A stretch of 29,103 bases of DNA from IMG/VR virus record IMGVR_UViG_3300017766_005678, positions 1-29,103 of that record, one strand, 5' to 3'. How positions within the stretch are numbered: position 1 is the first letter of the stretch; the number at the start of each line of letters is the position of its first letter. Under the pieces are notes generated by a model that saw only the letters and a program-made list of their open reading frames with translations, had not been told where the DNA came from and made no database searches. This DNA is from a virus (taxonomy: Duplodnaviria; Caudoviricetes). Position numbers and translations under genes: made by a program. Positions 9,034 to 17,900 of the stretch are shown here, in pieces.

Positions 9034-11049
9034 TTATCTGCCGCCTCGTCTTGACATTCTCATAGAGGAGGATGAGTCATCTCCCCTGCTGATGTTGAAT
9101 GACGTAGGCGAGCTAGATCTCCTGTTGCCGTATGCCTCTTCGACTGCCGTGTCCGCATCAAAGCGTGACGCTTCGCTGCTTGAAGCAGTCTCTGGTGTTG
9201 TTAATTTTACAGAGTTCAAAACGATCTTGTCGCTCAAGCTGAGATCCTCATTTATAATCGAAATCGTAAAAGATGACTCCTCTACGAAGTTCTCGGGTGC
9301 TCCATTTGAGCTTCTAATGCGAAGCGCCTCTGGGTCGAAGAACGTCAGGAGTGTTCTTCTGTCTGAAGACCTCAGCACGTCAACAAACGCCTCCTCGCTT
9401 ACGTAGAGATTCGGGTATGTCTTGGGCGCACCTGGACGCGACACAAGCCTCGTCTCTAGCAGGTTTTTAGCACGACGAAAAGTGCACGCCATCTGGAGCG
9501 AGTACCCTGATGTGAGACCATGTGCGTCGACTGAGCAAACCGCGTATATCGCCTCTGTCTCCTGTGGGACTTTTGTGTCGACGTAGAGGCACTTCACTAT
9601 CTCAACTTTCTCCACAACTGAGTTGGGGTAGGTTTCTCTGAGCGTCTCTCGCTCTGTTGAGTCGTCGAAGTCAATTACCCGAATTAGAGAAAAAGGCTGG
9701 TTGACATTGAACCGCCTGAAGATCTGAAAGTACTTGATGTCGCGCTGAGGATTTACCGGAAGCGACCAGGAGACGCGATTTCCCTGCGCGTCATAGTCGT
9801 ACGACACCATGAAATCAGCGACCTCTGGGGGAGGAACAATCTCCACACACGACACGATCGACTCAGCGCTCTCTCCAGAGCTTGAGACCAAAAATCTAGC
9901 GACTCCTCTCCTGCCAGATGTCCCGAATGTTGCAGGAACTTCTCGCATAAAAACTGATCTGACTCTGTACTTGTAGGTCGATCCGTAGTTGATCTTGCCG
10001 TCTTTGTAGTTTTGCGCATCTGATCCCACCAAGAGAATGGATGGGTGCTCAGACACTAGACCGCCCTTTATCTCTAGCTTCTCAATTATGTGACCAACTA
10101 GCACCGACCTGTAGGACGTGGGCGTCCTAGAGTTTGTGTAGAAGGGAAGGACAGAGATGTCATATGAGCTTGGGCTTATTCCCGAAGAAGCAGACTGAGC
10201 TCGCGCAGCGCTCTGTATGTCTGCGCTCGTCGATCTCATGCTGTTGATCTCATCGTGCAGCATGTGATTCATGTTGCATATTGATGACTGGACGACGCTG
10301 TCGAGTACAAGACGATTGATGCCTAACGTCTCTTGACGATCTGTGACTACGTCTGCTTTCCGCTCGATTTGCTGCTTAGACTCGCGGGACTGGTAGTTGA
10401 CCCTCTGCGCGCTTTGACCGCTTGCATTGAGGTATTTGATGATTGTCTGGCCTACCTGCGCGTCATTCTCAGCTGATGATGCGCTCAATACCAACTCTGC
10501 TGGGACGTCTCCCCTGACGCCCGTGAGAGACTCAGAAATTCTTATAGCAAGCTCTGAAATTGATCGAGAAGATTCACCGCCCGCAAATTCTCTCTCTACA
10601 CCTGTTGCTAAAGACTCCGCAGATCCTGAGAGTATTGCAACAGTCCGCAGATCTAGGCCAGACGCTGTGATTTGCTCTCTCTGAAATCTTTCTGAAGTGA
10701 CGCTGTCCTCAATGTGAATGTAGCCACCCTGAGCAAGCTCAATGAGCGTCTTTCCATCAAGGTAAGAGGTGACCTCTTGTAGCGTCTTTGCGTTGTACTC
10801 AGCCTCAGGCTTCTTGAATGAGATCTCAATCCATCTGGGTGCGCTTACGTCCGCAGAGCGCGCAATCTCTACACCTGTTCCGCCCGTGTACTCAGATCTT
10901 TCGTTTTTGGTGAAGAACTTGTACACAAAATTAGTTTGAGCATTTGTCGGCTCAGGTGCGTCCACTGACGCGAGCGGCGCTGAAGAGAATATTCCAGAAG
11001 CGAAACCGAGATTCCTGTTGGTTGTGAATGTTGAATTACTCTCGGGCAC
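9034..11049 (-). CDS. Hypothetical protein (671 aa) with FN3-like domains; putative tail/baseplate protein
   Basis: GTG start with AGGAG SD. FN3-like patterns: YKDGKINYGSTYKYRVRSV and PPEV...NRVSWSLP...YFQIFRR...YVDTKV...YAVCSVDAHGLTSGYS. Confidence 0.7.
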   Translation of the reverse strand: MPESNSTFTTNRNLGFASGIFSSAPLASVDAPEPTNAQTNFVYKFFTKNERSEYTGGTGVEIARSADVSAPRWIEISFKKPEAEYNAKTLQEVTSYLDGKTLIELAQGGYIHIEDSVTSERFQREQITASGLDLRTVAILSGSAESLATGVEREFAGGESSRSISELAIRISESLTGVRGDVPAELVLSASSAENDAQVGQTIIKYLNASGQSAQRVNYQSRESKQQIERKADVVTDRQETLGINRLVLDSVVQSSICNMNHMLHDEINSMRSTSADIQSAARAQSASSGISPSSYDISVLPFYTNSRTPTSYRSVLVGHIIEKLEIKGGLVSEHPSILLVGSDAQNYKDGKINYGSTYKYRVRSVFMREVPATFGTSGRRGVARFLVSSSGESAESIVSCVEIVPPPEVADFMVSYDYDAQGNRVSWSLPVNPQRDIKYFQIFRRFNVNQPFSLIRVIDFDDSTERETLRETYPNSVVEKVEIVKCLYVDTKVPQETEAIYAVCSVDAHGLTSGYSLQMACTFRRAKNLLETRLVSRPGAPKTYPNLYVSEEAFVDVLRSSDRRTLLTFFDPEALRIRSSNGAPENFVEESSFTISIINEDLSLSDKIVLNSVKLTTPETASSSEASRFDADTAVEEAYGNRRSSSPTSFNISRGDDSSSSMRMSRRGGR

Positions 11050-11106
11050 TTCTCACTCCTAGCGTCCTACCGCGTATTGTACGAAATATCGCATTAGACA
11101 CACCTT

Positions 11107-11113
11107 CTACTTA
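11107..11113 (+). promoter_or_regulatory. Putative late-promoter-like motif CTACTTA
   Basis: In the divergent intergenic region, 7 nt before ATG 11121; no SD visible. Confidence 0.4.
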
Positions 11114-11120
11114 GACTGCC

Positions 11121-13460
11121 ATGGCAACATTCAAGATAGACGAATTCAGACAAGATAGAAGAACGCTGCTGCTGAGCACGGGCAAGACGTTCTCTTCTAG
11201 CTCATCAGGAGTGACAGGATCTGTCACACTTGGGGCGAGGACGTCAGATTCTCTGCGCGACCTAGGCAACTACGCTTCTGGGCAGACTTACAATTCTCTG
11301 GCGCCCAGTCTCACGCTTGACAACATCCTGTTGCAGCTCTCAAGTTCAAGGGCAACAAGCACGGACGTGTCGGGTCTAGCAAACCTCTACCTGAGCTCTG
11401 CGAGATCTGCGTCTGCCGTAGACCAGAGATCCCGCATCACATTCTCTCCATCTGTCTACTCGTTTGATCCTGCATCTGGCGATGATTCTCTAGAGAGCAA
11501 GTACTCAGTCAAAAAGTACGCGAGGCGAATGCTCTCTGGGTCAATTGTCCCGTATTACGTGACAGAGAATCAGGGAAAGTACTTTGCAGTTGGAAACTAC
11601 TTCTCGCACAACTTTTTCACCTGCTCGAATGTGCGATCAGACACAGCCATAGTCTTCCCTGACTTTGAGGCGACATTTCCATCCTACAGGGTCTCAAATG
11701 GCCTGACCATTGATCTCCACATCAACCCAAAGTACACAGTTGAGTCCTTTGGAGACAGCTTTAAAGCTGGCACGATCGTGCACGTTCCCGGAAGCTACGC
11801 TTTGTCTGTTGTCACGGGATCGAGCAGAGGACCAGACGGCAAGCCCGACAAGTTCAGGCTGATACTTGCTCTAACGCACAGCGCAGATGTCTCTCCCAGC
11901 AGTGTTGATCTCAGTCTGGCGAACGGAACGAGGTCATTTCCCCAGAACATGCTGTTTGTCAGCGAGGACAACGCTCTCTCTTTTAATGCGTGGCATCACG
12001 TCTCTGTCTCATGGTCGTCTAGGGTCGACGGAGGAACAGGCGCGTTTCTTGTGAATGGATCTGCAGCGGGCACCTTCAAGCCCACAATGCCTGCGATATA
12101 CAAGGCGTCGCCTCCTGGCTGCCTAGTAGTTGGAAACCACATTGGCGCAGTCACAGACGGAGAGCGGTACTTCAACGCATCAGCCGCAGCAGACGAAGGA
12201 CTAGTTGCCAGCTCGCTGTACACAGCTGGCGATCCGACACACAATCTCACAAGCCCACTGAACGCAGAGATACACTCGCTCAAGGTCTACTCTCGCTACA
12301 TAACTGAGGTTGAGAGAGACCTAAACGCAGAGACTGACACCAAAGTGACTGAAGACGGCCTCATCTTCTACATGCCGCCTGTCTTTATGCATGAGAGCCC
12401 GTTCAGAAAAGTTCCTGCCACAATGTTCGACAAGATCGCAAGGACAACAGTTAGTCCCATCAATGTCGACCTCATGTTTGGCTGCGGGGGAAGAGACACT
12501 AACCTCGAGAACTTCTCTCGTGATGTGACAAGATTTGGCGACGTCAGGGCCTACCCGAGACTGTTTAACTTGACAGCGTCTCTACCGCTCGATTACACGT
12601 CGTCAGAGCGGAACTTCAACACAATTTTCTATCAAAACCCCACAAACAGGAAGAGGAATCTGACTGTCCTGCCGTGTGATGATGGAACGTTTAGACCTGT
12701 CTACAGCTGCATCTCAAGCTTGACAGGCGTTATGTCAGGGTCCTTCAGCTCGTATGGCGGCGGATTTGACTACTCGCAGATCGATCTGTCAGGACTCGTT
12801 GATCTAGTTCCAGGAACCCAGCCTGTGCCAAAGGGGCAGTCTCGCACTGATCCTGGTGCCGCTAGACAGACAAGAAATGACTCTGCTTACTATCAGGTAG
12901 GGTATGAGGACCAAGAGCAGAACATCATCTTTGGATCGCTGATAGATGTTTCCACTGTGCACTACGGTCACAGCATAAAGCCGGGCAGCTTTTATGTCTC
13001 CGATCCCTCTCTTACAGGGTCTGCGGGAAGGGTCGGGATGAGGCTTGTTGACGACAAGAAGAACGGTCTTTACCGCGCTGACTGCCTCTCTCCTGCCGCA
13101 TTCTGGAACACCCAGGGGCTCATTTTTGGAAATGAGGGCATGGGCATTGTTCTGTCTCCAACGTTGCCCTTCTTTGCGAAGGACGCGTGGAGAATGGGCT
13201 TCGACACGGACGCAAGCACCCATGTTTTCACGATGGACGTTTTTCTTCCCGAGTCATCCGCGAATGTCTCTCAAAATCCAACCTACAAGGCTTTTTCGCC
13301 GACAACAGGCTCAGATGAGACAGCGAAGAACTTCGTCTACATCGACACGATTAACGTGCACGATGAGAACCTCAACGTTGTTGCGAGAGCAACATTCGCT
13401 CAGCCCCTCATGAAAAGGCCGGAAGAGGAATTCCTCATCAGGCTTAAGCTGGACTTTTAA
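11121..13460 (+). CDS. Putative virion protein (779 aa) with a LamG/concanavalin-A-like domain and a C-terminal module shared with 7044-8273
   Basis: LamG-like motifs GLTIDLHINP, NAWHHVSVSW...FLVNG and LNAEIHSLKVYSRYIT. C-terminus NVSQNPTY...YIDTINVHDENLNVVARATFAQPLMK...LIRLKLDF. Confidence 0.7.
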   Translation: MATFKIDEFRQDRRTLLLSTGKTFSSSSSGVTGSVTLGARTSDSLRDLGNYASGQTYNSLAPSLTLDNILLQLSSSRATSTDVSGLANLYLSSARSASAVDQRSRITFSPSVYSFDPASGDDSLESKYSVKKYARRMLSGSIVPYYVTENQGKYFAVGNYFSHNFFTCSNVRSDTAIVFPDFEATFPSYRVSNGLTIDLHINPKYTVESFGDSFKAGTIVHVPGSYALSVVTGSSRGPDGKPDKFRLILALTHSADVSPSSVDLSLANGTRSFPQNMLFVSEDNALSFNAWHHVSVSWSSRVDGGTGAFLVNGSAAGTFKPTMPAIYKASPPGCLVVGNHIGAVTDGERYFNASAAADEGLVASSLYTAGDPTHNLTSPLNAEIHSLKVYSRYITEVERDLNAETDTKVTEDGLIFYMPPVFMHESPFRKVPATMFDKIARTTVSPINVDLMFGCGGRDTNLENFSRDVTRFGDVRAYPRLFNLTASLPLDYTSSERNFNTIFYQNPTNRKRNLTVLPCDDGTFRPVYSCISSLTGVMSGSFSSYGGGFDYSQIDLSGLVDLVPGTQPVPKGQSRTDPGAARQTRNDSAYYQVGYEDQEQNIIFGSLIDVSTVHYGHSIKPGSFYVSDPSLTGSAGRVGMRLVDDKKNGLYRADCLSPAAFWNTQGLIFGNEGMGIVLSPTLPFFAKDAWRMGFDTDASTHVFTMDVFLPESSANVSQNPTYKAFSPTTGSDETAKNFVYIDTINVHDENLNVVARATFAQPLMKRPEEEFLIRLKLDF

Positions 13461-14002
13461 TGATACTGGGCCTAGACGTTTCCACTAGCAAGACAGGCTG
13501 GTGCCTCCTAAACAGCGACGGATCACTTCACAGCATGGGGTGCGTCACTCTAGCGTCGGGCGACCTATTTGAGAAATCAGATCAGCTCTCAGCAGCTTTG
13601 ACGCTTATCCTCGGAGAGACGAGGGATGAGGTCGAGATTGTCATAGAGGAGCCACTGCTGAGATTCGCGAGAGGAATGTCCTCGGCATCGACTCTTCTGA
13701 CGCTCAACAGGTTCAACGGAATGGTCACCCAAATGTGCTGGACGTCCCTGGGGATAAAGGCCACGCACCTCAATGTGATTTTCGCTCGTCGTCGTCTTGG
13801 AATCAAGAAGGAGAAGAGCGAGAACGTCAAAGAGGTCGTGATGAGGTGGGTTGCTGCTGACGTTCCTGACCATCCATGGCCCACAAAGCTTGTGAAGCGA
13901 GGCAAGAGCGCAGGGATGACAGTCTTCGATCCAACCTGCTTTGATGTCGCCGATGCGTACGTGATAGCCCGAGCTCACCACGCCAGTCGTGTAAAGCGGT
14001 AG
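13460..14002 (+). CDS. ruvC: RuvC-like Holliday junction resolvase (RNase H fold)
   Basis: N-terminal ILGLDVSTSKTGWC, central IVIEEP, KE-x-V helix and C-terminal DVADA acidic motif, matching the RuvC catalytic residue pattern. TAATG overlap with the upstream gene. Confidence 0.85.
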   Translation: MILGLDVSTSKTGWCLLNSDGSLHSMGCVTLASGDLFEKSDQLSAALTLILGETRDEVEIVIEEPLLRFARGMSSASTLLTLNRFNGMVTQMCWTSLGIKATHLNVIFARRRLGIKKEKSENVKEVVMRWVAADVPDHPWPTKLVKRGKSAGMTVFDPTCFDVADAYVIARAHHASRVKR

Positions 14003-14017
14003 ATTCCTCAATAGAAT
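13989..14017 (+). promoter_or_regulatory. Putative sigma70-like promoter GTGTAA-N17-TAGAAT, probably yielding a leaderless primase mRNA
   Basis: TAGAAT at 14012-14017 ends 6 nt before the GTG start at 14024; no SD present. Confidence 0.45.
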
Positions 14018-14023
14018 CCCTGG

Positions 14024-14989
14024 GTGATCACCACCACAGACAAGATTCGCTACATCAAAGCTGCCTTCGGCGGAGGCTCCCTGGACGTCAGGGGAGCGAA
14101 CATCGCAGTTGAGTGTCCTTCCTGCGGAAAGAGCGGCAAGAGAAAGCTCTCAATTCACCTTGAGTCTGGGCAGTGTCACTGCTGGGTCTGCGGCCTCAGG
14201 TCGAAGAGGGTCTCATCTATCATCTCACGTCACATCTCGCGAGACGTTGCCTCTGAGTATCGACGTGTGTGCGAGGGCGGCACAGATCTGCGTGATGACG
14301 AAGATCCTGAGACAAAAGAGCCAGAGAAGCTGACTCTGCCTGACGACTTCCAGCCCATATTCTCCAGGTCGTCAGAGAGTGACCCAGACGCCCGCCAAGC
14401 AGTGAGGTACCTCATGCGACGCGGCCTGTCAGTGGACGATATTGTCAGGTTCAGGATGGGTATCTCACCGCAGGTGAGACGGCGTGTCATTATTCCATCC
14501 TTCGACTCTGAGGGTGCACTCAACTACTACACAGCCAGGGCAATTGATCCTGACATCACGCTCAGGTACACGAACTGTCAGGTCAAGAAGACAGACATCG
14601 TGTTCAATGAGGTCAACATTGACTGGAGCAGGGAGCTTGTTGTCGTAGAGGGGCCGTTTGACCTGATCAACTGTCCCGACAACGCGACCTGCATATTGGG
14701 ATCGAGCCTGAGCACAAACCATCTGCTCTTTCATCGCGTTGCTGTCAATCGGACACCGATTGTCTTGGCTCTCGACGCTGACATGAGGGAGAAGACGCAG
14801 AGGATTGCAGAGCTTCTTCACTCCTACGACTGCAGGGTCAGGATCTTGGACGTCTCTCGCCTCGGCAAGGATGTGGGTGAGCTCCCATACGCGGATGTGG
14901 TCGATGCGATCAGGACCGCGCCTGTCTGGAGACCCATGGACAGGCTACTGTTCTCAATAACAAACATCAGGAGCGGATCTACGCTATGA
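14024..14989 (+). CDS. dnaG: DNA primase (Cys4 zinc-binding domain plus TOPRIM), DnaG/T4 gp61-like
   Basis: CPSC...CHCWVC zinc site, YLMRRGL, RVIIP...YYTAR, TOPRIM VVEGPFD and LALDAD, and KDVGE. Confidence 0.88.
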   Translation: MITTTDKIRYIKAAFGGGSLDVRGANIAVECPSCGKSGKRKLSIHLESGQCHCWVCGLRSKRVSSIISRHISRDVASEYRRVCEGGTDLRDDEDPETKEPEKLTLPDDFQPIFSRSSESDPDARQAVRYLMRRGLSVDDIVRFRMGISPQVRRRVIIPSFDSEGALNYYTARAIDPDITLRYTNCQVKKTDIVFNEVNIDWSRELVVVEGPFDLINCPDNATCILGSSLSTNHLLFHRVAVNRTPIVLALDADMREKTQRIAELLHSYDCRVRILDVSRLGKDVGELPYADVVDAIRTAPVWRPMDRLLFSITNIRSGSTL

Positions 14990-17900
14990 GAATCGCACAC
15001 ATCAGCGACATTCACATCCGCGGCCTGCAGAGGCACGCTGAGTATCGTCAGGCCTTCTCTGACTTCTACGATCGATGCATTGAACAGAACGTCAACGCCA
15101 TCTTCGTGGGCGGAGACATCTGGCACACTAAGACGCAGGGAATCACTCCTGAGGCTGTGCACCTCATGACTGACTTCTTCAAGAGCATGGCGCAGATCGC
15201 ACCCGTCTACGTGACGCTGGGCAACCACGACGGAATCCTCAGCAACGCATCTCGTCTTGACGCCATCACGCCCATCATCAGCGCAATCGGCTCCTCCACA
15301 CGACACCCAATCATTCTCTGCAAGAAGTCAGGCGTCTACCCGATGCACGTCAGCGGCTACAACCTCTGCGTGTTCTCCTGCTTCGACGAGGAGGGATGGG
15401 ACAAGGTCAAGCCTGTCCCGGGAGAAATCAACATTGCCGCTTTCCATGGCGGCATTGCCGGATGCCTGCTTGACTCAGACATGGAGTATCAGGCTGACAC
15501 CACCATTGACCTGTTCAATGGCTTCAACGTCGCCCTGCTTGGCGACATTCACCGCATGCAGTTCCTGAGCTACAAGCAGGTGCGCGTTCTCGTGTCTGCT
15601 GAGAAGCTCCACGAGTACCCAGGCGCAAATGTGCTGGGAAGCAAGCTCGGCCTCCTCGAGATCGAGGCGCCAATGCCGTGGATCGGATACAGCGGCAGCT
15701 TTCTCCAGCAGAACTACGGTGAGGCTGCTCCAAAGGGATTTCTTATCTGGGATATCCCGGGCCCTGAGACACACAAGGTCTGGTTTGAGGAGGTTGAGAC
15801 ACCTGACCCGTATGTCACCATCAAGTGGCATACAGATGTCGCCACTACGATCAGGTCTCCTGGTCTTAAGAAGGGATGCCGCGTTCGTCTTGTGTGTGAC
15901 AGCACATGCAGTCCACAGGACGAGAGGCAGATTCACACTGAGCTGCAGGTCAAGTGCGACATTCGCGAGTTTGTGGTCAAGCGCGAGAAGAAGGACACAG
16001 CGCTTGTAGTCTCCGATGTGATCAGCGAGGACCTGAGGTCACCCGGCACTCACATCAAGCTAATCAAAGAGATGGTCAGAGACTATCACACCCAGGAGGA
16101 GTGGGAGCTTGCAGAGGATATCGTCAGCAAGGCCCTGTCAGAGGCAGGAGACAAGGCAGAGGATGCACGAGGTGTAACATGGTCGGTGCAATCTCTTGAA
16201 TTCGACGATATCTTCACCTACGCCGGCGGGAACTCAGTCAGCTTTGCAGACATGAGGGGCGTGACCGGAATCTTTGGACCGAATCGTATTGGGAAGTCCT
16301 CCATCATCGGCGCGCTCGTGTACTGCCTGTTCAACACGACAGATCGCGGATCGATGAAGAACATACACGTTATTCGATCGGGGCAGCAGGGTTGCAGGGT
16401 CAAGGCAGATATCGCCGTTGGCGACAGGCAGCTTCAGGTAGAGAGGTCCTCAACGCTCAAGTACGAGAGAAATGGAAGGATTTGGGCGCCCACCTCTCTC
16501 ACTCTGACAGACAGCAAGGACAACGCGTCAGGTGAGCAGCGGACAGACACAGAGAAGATCATCAGGCGCTCTATTGGCTCAGTCGATGACTTCTTTATGA
16601 CAGCGCTCTCAGCTCAGGGGACAATGAATCGCTTCATTGACGAGGGCGCAACCTCCCGCAAGACCTATCTGGGAAGATTTCTCGACCTCGACCTGTTTGA
16701 CAGGGTCCTTGAGAGCATCAAGACAGATGCAAATTCGATCAAGTCGCGTCTTAAGCTGATGCCTGATCGAGACTGGTCTGCTGCAATTTTGGCCGCTAGA
16801 TCGAGAATCGGAGAGATTGAGAGGAGAATGCAGGACATTGACTCTGCTGTCCAGGCCCTACACGACAGCAGAGAGCTCCTGCAGAACCAGATCATTTCTG
16901 AGGCGGGAAATCGGCAGGTAGTGACGGCCGCAGATATTCAGCGCCTCTCTTCCATCGTCGCCAGAAAAAGGAAAGACCTCACAGACGCTTCTGAGAGAGA
17001 GGCATCCGCCGAGGAGAGAAAGCGGAGCATCGAGAGCAAGCTGTCTGCAATCGATGATCTCAAGCAGCAGGTCGACATCTCAACGCTCAAGGCGCAGCTC
17101 AAGGCGCAGAGAGACCTCGAGAAGCAAATTTCTGATCTGACTGCATCACTTCGCGTTGTAAAGACCGACCTCAAGTCCGCTAATGAGAACGCTTCCGTCC
17201 TGTCACAGATTCCGTGTGGGGACAAGTTTCCTACCTGCAAGTTCATTGAGAGGTCTTTTGAGTCACGCGATAGGCTTACAAGCCTTCAAAGTGCAGTGGA
17301 CGACGCTGAGGCCTCCCTTAAGAGCAGCCAGGACGCCCTCACGCTTGTTGCGGCACTTGACATAGAAGAAAAGATCTCGAAGTACACCTCAGCAGTTGCC
17401 AGAGAGCAGGATCTAAGATCTTCACTGCACGCATCGTCGGGCGATATTGAGGCAGCAAAGGAGGCAGTTAGCCAAGCAGAAAGCAGCCTCATTGACGCCA
17501 AGAATGCTTACGATGAGGCTGTGAAAAAGTCTCAGGACCCGGAGGCGGCGCAGGTTCTCGAGCACAAGAGGAAGATCGACAGTATCAACGCAGAGATTGA
17601 TGGATATGGAATTGAGAGGGGCAATTGCCAATCTGAGATCACCAAGAAAGAGATCGAGGAGAAGAGCCTGAGTGACGGCCAGGAGGAGCACAAGGAGCTT
17701 CGCAAGAAGTGGCGTGTCTATGAGACCCTCCTGAGCGCTTACTCCAAGAAGGGTCTTCCAAGCCAGATCCTCGACAAGCTGCTTCCCGCAATCAACCAAG
17801 AGATCGCAGAGATCTTGAGCGGCGTTGTCAACTTTACTGTCGCCCTTGAGATCGACTCTGAGACGAACGCTCTTGAGATCTACATTGACTACGGAGACAG

